DNA of 64,000 nucleotides from Candidatus Falkowbacteria bacterium (GTDB taxonomy: Bacteria > Patescibacteriota > Patescibacteriia > Patescibacteriales > UBA12465): positions 54,135 to 118,134 of the forward strand of contig JAPLVZ010000011.1 in NCBI GenBank assembly GCA_026396805.1. Reading direction: 5' to 3'. The notes under the pieces are model-generated. The model saw only the letters and a list, made by a program, of their open reading frames with translations. It did not search any database and was not told the origin of the DNA. Each line of letters begins with the position of its first letter. Positions within the stretch are counted from its first letter, which is position 1. Positions 53,286-63,459 of the stretch are shown piece by piece. The position numbers were made by a program, and so were the translations under genes.

Positions 53286-54155
53286 TTATCTGATCCAATT
53301 ATAGTTGGCAAACACCCAATTCGCCAAATTTCTGCTGTCTCGGAAACGGCCGTTCTTATCTTGGCTGTTTAAGACGACGGAAATCACTTCCCGACCCGCC
53401 TCGTCTTTTAAACGACCGACAAAGCAATACCCGGCCTGCTCGGTATAACCGGTCTTCCCGCCCAAGACAGTCAACGTTTTCTCTCCCGAATCGAAAAGAA
53501 GGTAATCGGTGGATTCTATTTTCTTCTCGCGGCCGCCTCCGGTCGTAAATTGATAATCCGATCTGGAGGTCGCGTCGCTTATCTCCGGCCGCTTAAAGGC
53601 GGCCTGGGCTAGAAGCGCGACCTCGCGCGCCGTGGATAAATTATATTCGCTCAGCCCCACCGGATCTTTAAAAGAAGTTTTTGTCAGTCCCAGCTCCTCC
53701 GCTCGACTGTTCATTCTGGCGACGAACTCGGTTTCGCTCAAGCCGCTGGCGTGGACCAGAGCCAGAGTCGCGCCGTTATCCGAAGCGACTAAGCTGACAT
53801 AGAATAAATCTTTGACGGTCACTTCATCGCCCAAAAAAAGATTCAAGCGCCCGCCCTCAACCTTGTCCGCTTCGGTAATCATATAAGCCTTATCCCAGCC
53901 CGGATTATTATCCAAAAAAACTAAGGCGGTCATGAGCTTAGTGATGCTCGCGATCGGTTGCGGCTCGTCCGCGTTTTCTTCAAATAGGAAAAAATGATCA
54001 TTCGCCATCAAAACCGCGCCTTTCCCCGCGGCCATTTCCACCGACTGCGCCACCGGATTAAGAATCAGGCTCTCCGCCTCACCAGTAACGGCCGGAACGC
54101 CCAGGAGCCCAAAAAATAAGGTGGTGATTATATTAACGATTGCTGTCCAAAACAT
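53286..54155 (-). CDS. D-alanyl-D-alanine carboxypeptidase (S11, PBP5-like low-MW PBP)
   Basis: 289 aa. SxxK (ASITKLMTA), SxN (ASDNGA), KTG (GKTGYT). Confidence 0.88.
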   Translation of the reverse strand: MFWTAIVNIITTLFFGLLGVPAVTGEAESLILNPVAQSVEMAAGKGAVLMANDHFFLFEENADEPQPIASITKLMTALVFLDNNPGWDKAYMITEADKVEGGRLNLFLGDEVTVKDLFYVSLVASDNGATLALVHASGLSETEFVARMNSRAEELGLTKTSFKDPVGLSEYNLSTAREVALLAQAAFKRPEISDATSRSDYQFTTGGGREKKIESTDYLLFDSGEKTLTVLGGKTGYTEQAGYCFVGRLKDEAGREVISVVLNSQDKNGRFRDSRNLANWVFANYNWIR

Positions 54156-54166
54156 TTTGTTATGTG

Positions 54167-54715
54167 TTAGTTCTGCTCTTCCGTCGCGGCTAAGACCGCG
54201 TTGAGAGATTCCATCTGATTAAGCTTCTGATAATCCGGCAGTTCGGCCACGCTCCCCAGTCCGAGAAAACGAACAAAATCATGAGTGACGGTATAATAAT
54301 TTTCATTTTTCACTTTGGAAAATTTTTCTTCTATCAAACCGCGCAAAAGAAGGTTACGGATAATCAGACTGCAATTAACGCCCCTGATCCTGTCTAACTC
54401 CAATTTGGCTATCGGCCCGCGGTAAGCGATGATGGTCAGAGCCTCTAAACTCGGCTGAGATAATTCCCCGCTCGTTTCGTCTTTTAAAAACTCCCGGACC
54501 AGAGGCCCGTTATCGGCCGCGGTCGTCAACTGGTATTGCTCGTTATTTTTGATAATAGCCAAACCGCGATCGTTCTTATTATAATCAGCCGTCAATTCCA
54601 CCAAAACTTCTTCCAGTTCTTTACTTTTCGCCTTCAAAAACGTCGCCAACTCTTTTAAAGACAGGGGCTTAAGGGAGATAAATAACAATGATTCTACTTG
54701 TGATTTTAGAGACAT
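54167..54715 (-). CDS. scpB: segregation and condensation protein B
   Basis: Start set at MSLKSQVESLLFIS (54715). EALTIIAYRGPIAKLELDRIRGVNCSLIIRNLLLRGLI. Confidence 0.88.
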   Translation of the reverse strand: MSLKSQVESLLFISLKPLSLKELATFLKAKSKELEEVLVELTADYNKNDRGLAIIKNNEQYQLTTAADNGPLVREFLKDETSGELSQPSLEALTIIAYRGPIAKLELDRIRGVNCSLIIRNLLLRGLIEEKFSKVKNENYYTVTHDFVRFLGLGSVAELPDYQKLNQMESLNAVLAATEEQN

Positions 54716-54731
54716 AATTTTAAATGGGAAT

Positions 54732-55460
54732 TTAAAGTTTACTGATATAAATTTCACCAAACAGCCCGTCTTGCTCAAAAAATAATTCTTTTTGTTTCAC
54801 CAGTTCCAGGATAGCCAGAAAACTCACGATTGCTTCCATTCTGGTCGCGGCGGAAGCGAGCAGTTTTGAAAAATTGACTTTAATTTTATCCAGGAGCATC
54901 TGTTTAATGGCCAAGATCTTATCGTCAATATTTATCTTCGGCTCCAGAGTTCTTTCCGATAATACTTCTTCCGCCTGCCGCGCCAATTGTCTGGCCAGAT
55001 TATCAAGCAGAATCAGGAAGCGTTCCTGAAGCAAAGCGATATTTACTTTCGCGGGCGGACAGAAAACCGGCAGATTAAACCCGCCCCGGCGATTCTTGGT
55101 TAAGGGCGGCAGGAATAAACGACGGCCGGACAGGACTAATTCTTTGACTTTTTGACTGGCGACGACAAATTCCTTATACATCTTCAATTGCCGTTCCAGA
55201 TCGTCAATTTCCTCCTCGGCTTCGCCGGCATAGAGATACGGGAGGAGCGCCTTGGATTTGATGAATAATAATTTGGCGGCGATGACTAAAAAATCAGCCA
55301 GTTCTTCCGGATCGATTCCCTGGTTGGCGCGGATATAAGCGACGTATTCGTCAGCGATTTTCGCCAAGGCGATTTCGGTTATATCCATTTCCTCGCTCTC
55401 AATCAAGCTAAGTAATAAGCCGAGCGGACCGGAAAATTTTTCAGTCGTGAAATCCATCAT
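54732..55460 (-). CDS. scpA: segregation and condensation protein A
   Basis: 242 aa. FSGPLGLLLSLIESEEMDITEIALAKIADEY and C-terminal VSFLAILELVKQKEL. Confidence 0.88.
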   Translation of the reverse strand: MMDFTTEKFSGPLGLLLSLIESEEMDITEIALAKIADEYVAYIRANQGIDPEELADFLVIAAKLLFIKSKALLPYLYAGEAEEEIDDLERQLKMYKEFVVASQKVKELVLSGRRLFLPPLTKNRRGGFNLPVFCPPAKVNIALLQERFLILLDNLARQLARQAEEVLSERTLEPKINIDDKILAIKQMLLDKIKVNFSKLLASAATRMEAIVSFLAILELVKQKELFFEQDGLFGEIYISKL

Positions 55461-55493
55461 AATTATTTTTTTGTCTGATTACTGCTGCGCTGA

Positions 55494-56540
55494 TTATAAT
55501 CTTATAGGTAGCGCCTCAATCGTCTTCGCGGAATAAAGGTTGCCGCGCAAACATTGATAACCGGCCAGATGTTCCTTGTTATTCATATCCGGACCGATAT
55601 ACGCGGTAGATGAATTCTTGACGGCCTCCGCGATCGAGTCTGTCCGAAAAGTCGCGCATAATTCAAATTCCTTATCGCTAATCTTATTATAAGCTATCGG
55701 CGCCTTGGTTTCCGGGTCCACTAAGGCGCTCGCGTTCATATAAAAATCATTACCAGCCTTGAATTCCTCCAGATTGGCCGGCAATTTCTTGTTGCGGTCG
55801 TAATAACTGTTCATCGCGTTCTCAATATTATAAATATTCTGAACCAAGGCTTGATCTAAACGGCGATTGCGCGCTGTCTTCGGCGATTCCACGAAAAACC
55901 AAGCGGCGACAAAGACGGCGATAACCAAAGCCAAGGTTGCAAAGAAAAAAATCTTTACAATCTTATCGGCCTTGTCCGGATTCTCACGCTTGATATCATA
56001 AAAATAAAAAGAAAAAGTGACGCCGGAAATAAATAGCATGGTCAGAGCCTTAAAAATAAAGCGTCCGGTCAGTTCGCCCGACAAGAAATTATTGATGACG
56101 CCGATAAAGACGCCGAGAATTATCATCGCCGAGACGAGAATAATAAAATAAGTCAGCCAACGGCGAATACCGGAATCCTTTTCCAGCTCGCCTTTATGCA
56201 GTCCCCGATTAATAAGACCGGACATAAAATAGAAAATCGGCGCGGCGATAAAAAGCGCGGAAATCGCGAATTTCAATTGGCCGTCGACATTGCTGTAGCT
56301 ATTTAAAACATCGGGAATAATCCTGTCGATGATACTGAAAATTATCATTCCGAAAGACAACGCCGTAAAAATGAGCGCGACGAGCGAGAGCAGATAGTAA
56401 AAGGCGTACTTGGCGTTGTGTTGGTTATTCATATGATTATTATTCCCTTCCCGAAGCGCTAAGATAATCGAGATTATCAGAAGCGCGGGAAGGGGTAAAA
56501 TTATAAAAGCGAATAGCATAAAGCTTGGTGCCCATATCAT
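55494..56540 (-). CDS. polytopic membrane protein with extracytoplasmic C-terminal domain (hypothetical)
   Basis: 348-aa ORF with 5-6 TM segments. An alternative start at MNNQHNAKY (56432) is possible. Confidence 0.6.
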   Translation of the reverse strand: MIWAPSFMLFAFIILPLPALLIISIILALREGNNNHMNNQHNAKYAFYYLLSLVALIFTALSFGMIIFSIIDRIIPDVLNSYSNVDGQLKFAISALFIAAPIFYFMSGLINRGLHKGELEKDSGIRRWLTYFIILVSAMIILGVFIGVINNFLSGELTGRFIFKALTMLFISGVTFSFYFYDIKRENPDKADKIVKIFFFATLALVIAVFVAAWFFVESPKTARNRRLDQALVQNIYNIENAMNSYYDRNKKLPANLEEFKAGNDFYMNASALVDPETKAPIAYNKISDKEFELCATFRTDSIAEAVKNSSTAYIGPDMNNKEHLAGYQCLRGNLYSAKTIEALPIRL

Positions 56541-56545
56541 ACGGC

Positions 56546-57937
56546 TTAAAATTCGGCGTTCTTAGGCGTGCGCGGGAACGAGATGACGTCACGGATATTG
56601 GCCAGGCCGGAGAAATACATAATCATCCGTTCAAAACCTAAACCGAAACCGGCGTGCTTAACCGAACCGAAGCGGCGCAAATCCAGATACCATTCATAAT
56701 CCTCTTTCTTCAAACCCATCTCGGCCATGCGCTTGATCAGATTATCCAGACGCTCTTCTCTCTGGCTGCCGCCGATTATTTCGCCAACGCCCGGAACGAG
56801 CAAATCCATGGCGGCGACGGTTTTACCGTCTTCGTTCAAGCGCATATAAAAAGCTTTGATTTCTTTGGGGTAATCAGTGACAAAAACCGGTTTTTTATAA
56901 ACCTTGTCCGTCAGATAACGTTCATGCTCGGTCTGAAGATCTATTCCCCATTTCACCGGCCAAACGAATTTCTCGCCGGACTTGGTTAAAATTTCAATCG
57001 CTTCGGTATAAGTGACGCGGCCGAAATCGGAATTAACGATATTATTCAAACGTTCCAAAAGGCCGGTATCAATAAATTTATTGAAGAATTCCATTTCTTC
57101 CGGCAATTCTTTTAAGACATAAGTAATTAAATATTTCAGCATCTTTTCCGCGAGCGCCATATCGTCGTTAAGGTCGGCGAAAGCCATTTCCGGTTCCATC
57201 ATCCAAAATTCGGAAACGTGGCGGGTCGTATTGGAATTTTCCGCGCGGAAAGTCGGACCGAAAGTATAAACCTTATTCAATCCCATCACTAAAGCCTCGG
57301 CGTTAAGCTGGCCGCTGACGGTCAGCCCCGCTTTCTTACCGAAAAAATCGGCGCTGTAATCAACCTCCCCGTTCTTATTTTTGGCGATGTTCTTTAGATC
57401 CAAAGTCGTCACCTGAAACATTTCCCCGGCGCCTTCGGCGTCGCTTGTGGAAATTATCGGAGTCTGGATATAAGAAAAGCCTTCCTCTTGAAAAAATTTA
57501 TGAATCGCGTAGCTTAAAACCGAACGCAGGCGGAAAACCGCGGAAAAAGTATTGCTGCGGCCGCGCAGATGCGCGATCTCGCGTAAGAATTCAAAACTAT
57601 GTTTCTTTTTTTGGAGCGGATAGTCTTCCGACGCTTGATTAAGAATAATGATTTTTTTGGCCTTGAGTTCGAAGGCCTGACCGGCCGCCGGCGATTTCAC
57701 GAGCTCGCCCTCAATTTCCAAAGACGAGCCGACGCTGATATTTTCCACTTCGGAAAAATTATTCAAATCGCTTCCGAAAACTATTTGCAGGCTTTTGAAA
57801 AATGAACCGTCATTTAATTCAATGAAGCCGAATTCCTTGGAAGAACGCGCCGTCCGAACCCAGCCGGCGACGCTTATCTTCTTATTCAGATAGCGGCCAG
57901 TATCTTTGTATAATGATTTTACGAGAATGTGAAGCAT
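56546..57937 (-). CDS. asnS: asparaginyl-tRNA synthetase
   Basis: 463 aa, class IIb. N-terminal OB fold ([23 protein letters not shown]), [30 protein letters not shown]. Confidence 0.9.
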   Translation of the reverse strand: MLHILVKSLYKDTGRYLNKKISVAGWVRTARSSKEFGFIELNDGSFFKSLQIVFGSDLNNFSEVENISVGSSLEIEGELVKSPAAGQAFELKAKKIIILNQASEDYPLQKKKHSFEFLREIAHLRGRSNTFSAVFRLRSVLSYAIHKFFQEEGFSYIQTPIISTSDAEGAGEMFQVTTLDLKNIAKNKNGEVDYSADFFGKKAGLTVSGQLNAEALVMGLNKVYTFGPTFRAENSNTTRHVSEFWMMEPEMAFADLNDDMALAEKMLKYLITYVLKELPEEMEFFNKFIDTGLLERLNNIVNSDFGRVTYTEAIEILTKSGEKFVWPVKWGIDLQTEHERYLTDKVYKKPVFVTDYPKEIKAFYMRLNEDGKTVAAMDLLVPGVGEIIGGSQREERLDNLIKRMAEMGLKKEDYEWYLDLRRFGSVKHAGFGLGFERMIMYFSGLANIRDVISFPRTPKNAEF

Positions 57938-57987
57938 AGAGAATAAATGATATTTATATTACGAAATTTCCCTTATGAAACCAGGGG

Positions 57988-59289
57988 TTACGGAGTCAGT
58001 CTCTTGACGTCTCGGGGCAGGAAGCAAGCTTCCTTGACGTTTCCCAGATTTAACATTTTCATCACGATGCGTCCCGGTCCCATGCCGATACCGCTATGGC
58101 TCGGGCAACCGTAACGGAAAAAGTTTAAATAATCTTTTAATTCTTCAAGATTCATCCCTTTTTCAACAGCCTGTTTTTCTAGAATCTCAATCCGATGCTC
58201 ACGCTGCGAGCCGGTCGTAATTTCCAAACCGCGATATAATAAGTCAAAACTCTTGGTCAGCCCGGGATTATCCTGATGGCGCATATGATAAAAGGGTCGG
58301 GCCGCAATCGGATAATCAATCACGAAAACAAAATCATGCCCGGTTTCTTTCTTGATAATGATACCCAGTTCTTTTTCTTCTTCCGTGGAAAAATCATAAT
58401 CCTTTTCGCTCCTGATGCCGGCCGCTTTTAATTTTTTCTTAGCCGCCGCCAAGCTTATTTTCGGGAAAGGTTTAGTCGGAACCTCTATATTGAGCCCTAA
58501 ATCTTCTTTAACTTTTTTAAAACCGTTAATCAATAAATCTTCTTCAATGCCCATCACGTCGTTATAATCGGAAAATGAAACTTCAAGATCCCAGCCGGTG
58601 AACTCGGTGACATGGCGGGTGGTAAAAGACGGCTCGGCGCGAAAAACCGTTCCGACCATAAAAACTTTCTCCAGGCCGGCCGCCATGGCCATTTGTTTAT
58701 AAAATTGAGGAGACTGGGCCAAATATGCCGGGCGGTCAAAATACTTTACCTCAAAAACCTCCGAACCGCTTTCCGAAGCGGTGCTCATAAAACAGGGGGT
58801 ATAAATCTGGATAAAATTATTCTTCAGCCAATATTCACGGCAACCGGCTTCCAGTTTCGTCCAGACTTTAAAAATAAGCTGATGTTCCGCCTGGCGTAAA
58901 TCCAGCCAGCGCCAATCAAGGCGATTTTCCAAATTTGCCTCATTATCCGCTTTTGTTAAAACAGGAATAGGTAAATTTTCATTAGCTAAAGAAATCAGTT
59001 CCGCTTGCGTGGCCGCCAATTCAAAATCCTTGTTCGGGTTAGGATCATTTTTCTTGGCCGGTTTTTCCTGCAAGGTCCCGGTAACTTTAATGACACTTTC
59101 CAGGGTCAGTTTTTCCGCCAAATCATAGCCCCCTTGGCCGGACACGAAAACGACTTGCATTGATCCGGAAATATCGCATAAATCTATAAAGACTAAATCT
59201 TTATGAGCGCGTAAATTTCTCACCCAGCCGCCGACAGTCACTTCCCCGACACCTTGTTTTTTCGCGTCGACAATTAAAATTCTTGACAT
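57988..59289 (-). CDS. aspS: aspartyl-tRNA synthetase, archaeal/eukaryal-type (short form)
   Basis: 433 aa. VGGWVRNLRAHKDLVFIDLCDISG, FRAEPSFTTRHVTEF, GIGMGPGRIVM. Lacks the bacterial insertion domain, judged by length. Confidence 0.88.
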   Translation of the reverse strand: MSRILIVDAKKQGVGEVTVGGWVRNLRAHKDLVFIDLCDISGSMQVVFVSGQGGYDLAEKLTLESVIKVTGTLQEKPAKKNDPNPNKDFELAATQAELISLANENLPIPVLTKADNEANLENRLDWRWLDLRQAEHQLIFKVWTKLEAGCREYWLKNNFIQIYTPCFMSTASESGSEVFEVKYFDRPAYLAQSPQFYKQMAMAAGLEKVFMVGTVFRAEPSFTTRHVTEFTGWDLEVSFSDYNDVMGIEEDLLINGFKKVKEDLGLNIEVPTKPFPKISLAAAKKKLKAAGIRSEKDYDFSTEEEKELGIIIKKETGHDFVFVIDYPIAARPFYHMRHQDNPGLTKSFDLLYRGLEITTGSQREHRIEILEKQAVEKGMNLEELKDYLNFFRYGCPSHSGIGMGPGRIVMKMLNLGNVKEACFLPRDVKRLTP

Positions 59290-59428
59290 AAATAAAAATA
59301 GTTTTTAATTTGAGATTTCAAATTAAAACTTAAATTATGTTTATTCTTTTATACTTAAATATTAACTGATTTTCGAGATTTTAGCAAGAAAAAACAGCCT
59401 TCTTCCGGCTGTTTTTTGTCAAATATTT

Positions 59429-60184
59429 TTAAAAATGAAATAAGATAAACTTGTCCAACAGGCCGCTAAACTCCTTAAGAGTCTTATTGTTTATTTTTAA
59501 TTTTTCTGCTGATTTGAAGCGGTTATCCACCATAAAACGCATTAATTTGATACAATTATCAGATATTGTCAATAATTCGGTTCTAAAGGCGCCTCCGCCT
59601 CCGCCTCCGGCTAAGCGATTTTTTTCAAAACAGCCGGCGCAGACAAGGCCGCCGTTAAGTAAATTAAAATAATTTAGACCTGGACTGATTGAGCTGGAGC
59701 ACCCCAGACATCGATACATTTCCGGTTGGTACCCTAATTCCGCCAAAAATTTAATCGTAAAAAAAGCCAAGACCAGTTCCCCGCATTCGCGCGTAAATAA
59801 ACAAAAATCATTCAAGATTTCCAGCCACGTTACCAATAAAAAAAACAAGTGTTCGTCGCTCTGATTTTCTTTAGTCAGCCGGTTAAAAAGATTAATGGCT
59901 CGGCCGGCGTAATAAAGCTTGTTCAAATCTTCTCTGATTCCTAAGTAAGCGGCGCGCGTAATGGCGCTGCCGATATAATCAAAACCTTTACCCCTGATAA
60001 TCAGGAGATCGGCCAAAGTCAGGGGCTCGATATGACCGGCTAATTTAGAGCTTAATTTTTTTGTCCCGCGCGCGACCAGCGTCAATTTGCCGAAGCAGGG
60101 AGTATAAACCGTCACCAAGCTGTCATTCTCCTTATAATCTTGGCGATTTAGTATTAACGCGGGAGTATTTTTTGTTTCATCCAT
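59429..60184 (-). CDS. recO: DNA repair protein RecO
   Basis: 251 aa. N-terminal OB (ALILNRQDYKENDSLVTVYT) and zinc motif CLGCSS..GGLVCAGC. Confidence 0.85.
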   Translation of the reverse strand: MDETKNTPALILNRQDYKENDSLVTVYTPCFGKLTLVARGTKKLSSKLAGHIEPLTLADLLIIRGKGFDYIGSAITRAAYLGIREDLNKLYYAGRAINLFNRLTKENQSDEHLFFLLVTWLEILNDFCLFTRECGELVLAFFTIKFLAELGYQPEMYRCLGCSSSISPGLNYFNLLNGGLVCAGCFEKNRLAGGGGGGAFRTELLTISDNCIKLMRFMVDNRFKSAEKLKINNKTLKEFSGLLDKFILFHF

Positions 60185-60566
60185 TTAATTTATCAAGATA
60201 ACTCTGCAATATTATCGAGGCCGCGATTTCATCCCGTCCGGCCGTCTCCTTATCTTCGCCTCCCAAGGCGTCCGCGGCCAAACTGCTTAAACGCTCATCG
60301 ACGGTCTCAACCAATAAGCCGCTTTTTCCCCTTAATTGCGCGACAAAACTGACCCAGGCCGGATTGTCGGCGGCTTCTCCGCTCATTTTCTGCGGCGCGC
60401 CGATAACTATGACATTGGTTTCCTCCTCTTTGAGAACGCTTAAAACTTCCGCCAGATTCGCCACGGTTTTTAGGGGTAGAGCCAGTCTCACTTCACTGTC
60501 GGCCGTCGCCAACCCGATTCGCTTCTCACCCCAGTCTAAGCCGAGATAATTCAAGATCTTATTCAT
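60177..60566 (-). CDS. ruvX: Holliday junction resolvase-like nuclease RuvX/YqgF
   Basis: 129 aa. LGLDWGEKRIGLATAD..DERLSS. Confidence 0.88.
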   Translation of the reverse strand: MNKILNYLGLDWGEKRIGLATADSEVRLALPLKTVANLAEVLSVLKEEETNVIVIGAPQKMSGEAADNPAWVSFVAQLRGKSGLLVETVDERLSSLAADALGGEDKETAGRDEIAASIILQSYLDKLNG

Positions 60567-60573
60567 ATGGATT

Positions 60574-61404
60574 TTACTTAGTTAAAACCTCGCAGCCATC
60601 TTCAGTCACCGCGACCGTATGCTCAAAATGAGCGCTTAAAGAGCCGTCGGCCGTCAGGATAGTATAATCATTATCCGCCATTTTTACGCGCCAATCGCCC
60701 TCGTTTATCATCGGCTCAACCGCTATGACCATGCCCGGGCGCAGAACGATATTTTCCCAGCTGCGCTCGCTAATTTCAAAATTGAAAACATCCGGCTTTT
60801 CATGAGAAAAATAACCGACGCCATGTCCGACCAAGTCGCGCACGACGCCATAACCATGGCTTTCGGCGCAACTAGAAACCGCGCGCGCGATATCGTTGAT
60901 GGTCTTCCCCGGCTTAACGGCTTTAAGCGCTAATTCCAAACATTTATAGGACACCTGCAATAATTTCTTGGCGTCAGAGCTTATCTTGCCGACGCCGCCA
61001 GTCGCGCACGTATCGGTGAAAAAACCGCCGTTTTTAGAATGCGAATTAATCGGCAATTTATATTTTTCTCTTAATTCCGCGTCAACCGGCCATTCCATGC
61101 CGATATCAAGATCAACAATATCGCCGCTCTTTAGTGTTCTAACAGGATAAGCCGCGCCATGGACGACTTCATCGTTAAGGGAAACGCATAAAGTTGACGG
61201 GAAAAACGCGCCGCCGGCCATCGGGTAATTCTTGAAAGCGGAGCGTCCGCCCGCTTTAGCGATTAGATCATTGGCTAAATCCTCAAGATAACCGGTATCT
61301 ACCCCCGGCTTTATCTCTGATAATAATCTTTTTAGGATTACCGCCAGGCGCCGGCCGCCCTCTCTTATCGCTCTTATCTCTTCGGCCGATTTTATGTAAA
61401 CCAT
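60574..61404 (-). CDS. map: type I methionine aminopeptidase
   Basis: 276 aa. VVHGAAY..GDIVDLDIG..GHGVG..VIAVEPMI..HFEHTV metal-ligand pattern. Confidence 0.92.
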   Translation of the reverse strand: MVYIKSAEEIRAIREGGRRLAVILKRLLSEIKPGVDTGYLEDLANDLIAKAGGRSAFKNYPMAGGAFFPSTLCVSLNDEVVHGAAYPVRTLKSGDIVDLDIGMEWPVDAELREKYKLPINSHSKNGGFFTDTCATGGVGKISSDAKKLLQVSYKCLELALKAVKPGKTINDIARAVSSCAESHGYGVVRDLVGHGVGYFSHEKPDVFNFEISERSWENIVLRPGMVIAVEPMINEGDWRVKMADNDYTILTADGSLSAHFEHTVAVTEDGCEVLTK

Positions 61405-61409
61405 ATTTT

Positions 61410-62336
61410 TTATTTAACAGCGTTCACCTTCTTCTTGTTGACGCGGATTGACATAATCAGGAATAAACCTAAAAATACGACCATACTTAAAGGCGCGATC
61501 CAAAACGGAAATTCATGGCCAAAACTTTCTAAAGTCATAATAGCGCCCAAGACGCCGATAGCGTACATGGCGCCGTTTTTAAGATAGGCGAACTTAGTAA
61601 TTATATCGATACCTCTGATAGTCATTTCTCGCACAACAAAAGCGCCTAAACCATTACCTAAAATAATCAGGGGGACGCTAACGGTAAAAGCGAAGGCGCC
61701 GATGACGCCGTCAATGGAAAAAGATGCATCTAAAACTTCCAAATAAATAATCTTACTCCAAGCGCTCATGGAAGAACCGAGTAATTTCTTTTCTTGCTCT
61801 TCGGAATTTTTTTTAAAGCCATCGGTGATAAAAAAGGCGCTGACGCCGATAGTCGCGGCTAAAGCCAAAGTCGGGTTTTGGCGCAGAGCGAAATAAACTA
61901 TCGCGGTCGTGAAGAGCGAAGCGAGCGCGTAGAACCAAACGCCTTGGCGGTGGATAAAACCTTCAACCAAGAAAGCGTATTTTTTCTCTTCCAAGAACAG
62001 CCAGGATAAGAAGACGAGAAACAGATAAATGCCGCCGCCTAAAAGGAGGAGCGGTTTTGAGGCGTCCAGATAATTCCTTATTTCCGGATTATTGGAAAAA
62101 GCGGCGGACACAACTTGAATAACAGATAAATCCGGATTCGCTATCCAGACGATAATAAAAGGAAGGACGCCTCTGACTACGAAAACCGCGAATAATAAGC
62201 CCCAAAATAAAAAAATCTTCCGATATTTTTCGGACATGGTCTTGAGGACATGGGCGTTAACGACCGCGTTATCGACGCTGCTAATAATTTCAAAGATGCA
62301 TAACCCGATAATAATGACAAGCAGGCTCCAGAACAT
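61410..62336 (-). CDS. TerC/DUF475-family integral membrane protein
   Basis: 308 aa, polytopic. FEIISSVDNAVVNAHVL and VLDASFSIDGVIGAFA motifs. Confidence 0.65.
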   Translation of the reverse strand: MFWSLLVIIIGLCIFEIISSVDNAVVNAHVLKTMSEKYRKIFLFWGLLFAVFVVRGVLPFIIVWIANPDLSVIQVVSAAFSNNPEIRNYLDASKPLLLLGGGIYLFLVFLSWLFLEEKKYAFLVEGFIHRQGVWFYALASLFTTAIVYFALRQNPTLALAATIGVSAFFITDGFKKNSEEQEKKLLGSSMSAWSKIIYLEVLDASFSIDGVIGAFAFTVSVPLIILGNGLGAFVVREMTIRGIDIITKFAYLKNGAMYAIGVLGAIMTLESFGHEFPFWIAPLSMVVFLGLFLIMSIRVNKKKVNAVK

Positions 62337-62357
62337 AGAAATATAAATAAAAAATAA

Positions 62358-62999
62358 TTAAATATTGCCAACCTGATGACCGACGGGCCGATGGACGTCT
62401 TTGGCTCCCAAACCTTTATCAGAGGTTTCGCCGCGATTCGCGGCGACGTTATAGTGGTTGCTGGCAAGGATGCTACCGGAAGCCAGACCAGTCCCATGAT
62501 CCTTCCCTGTATCAACATTCAGATAATCCAGATCGCGATTAATCCTGGCCACGCTCGGACGCGCCTTTTTAATTTCGGTCAGTTTAGCGGCGCCCCTCAT
62601 TTCGGCGGCCGTAATCGCTTTCTGTAAGGATGATTCATTGCCCTCACCCGATGCGTTGAGATCGATGCCGGCCTTAGCGGCCGCTTCGGTTTTCTTATCG
62701 CGAGCGTAATTATTAAGTAATTCTTTTATCTTATATTTGTCCTGTTTAGTTATCGTCTCGTCATTATGAAGTATTTCCAAAAGAGCGCTCTTGCGCTGCA
62801 ATCGGCTTAGCCCGCCGTATTTTCGAATCATCTCCTTACGCTCGTCAATCGCCTCGACAATCGCTTTTTTATTATTCTTGAGCATGCCGAATTCTCCGGC
62901 CTCGCGATAAGTTAACTTTGTCAGGCGTTTATTAAAATTGCCAAAGCCTGATTTAGAACGAAACCCAATTCCGCCCTTAGGCAAGATATCTAAACCCAT
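62358..62999 (-). CDS. hypothetical protein
   Basis: 213-aa ORF starting 5 nt after the upstream stop. No recognisable motif and no P-loop. Confidence 0.5.
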   Translation of the reverse strand: MGLDILPKGGIGFRSKSGFGNFNKRLTKLTYREAGEFGMLKNNKKAIVEAIDERKEMIRKYGGLSRLQRKSALLEILHNDETITKQDKYKIKELLNNYARDKKTEAAAKAGIDLNASGEGNESSLQKAITAAEMRGAAKLTEIKKARPSVARINRDLDYLNVDTGKDHGTGLASGSILASNHYNVAANRGETSDKGLGAKDVHRPVGHQVGNI

Positions 63000-63003
63000 A
63001 TTT

Positions 63004-63300
63004 TTATTCTTTAAAACTGTCTAATAAATTATTAATCTGTTCTAAATCATAATGCGTCAACCCGAGCTTAACCCGATTCTCATACAGGTAATATTTATCT
63101 TCCTTAACGGTTAAGCGCGAAGGTTTGAGGCCGTGCCTGATTTTTTCCTTATACTTCTTAATCAAATCCATGATCACTCCCCGATTCGCCTCGTCTAAAT
63201 TCCTATAATTAGGATTAGTCCGCATCATTTCTTCCATCCTTTGAGTAATCCGGTAATTGGTCTGACTGGTTAAATCTTTAGTAATGTCTTGTAAGTCCAT
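63004..63300 (-). CDS. hypothetical protein
   Basis: 98-aa ORF, helical and charged. Confidence 0.5.
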   Translation of the reverse strand: MDLQDITKDLTSQTNYRITQRMEEMMRTNPNYRNLDEANRGVIMDLIKKYKEKIRHGLKPSRLTVKEDKYYLYENRVKLGLTHYDLEQINNLLDSFKE

Positions 63301-63459
63301 AAATTTATATTATAACTATTTATTTTCGCTTATCTTAAAAATCAGCTCACATTTTAAGGATGCCGACAGCCCTTATATTCACTAATAATCATTATACCAT
63401 ACAAAAAACCGGCCTTAAAGCCAGTTTTTTTAATCTATTATTAGCTAAATATCCTTAAA

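Noticed and set aside
54716-54778. scpB N-terminal extension overlapping scpA
   Set aside because: The ScpB consensus starts at MSLKSQVESLLF. The longer form overlaps scpA by 47 nt.
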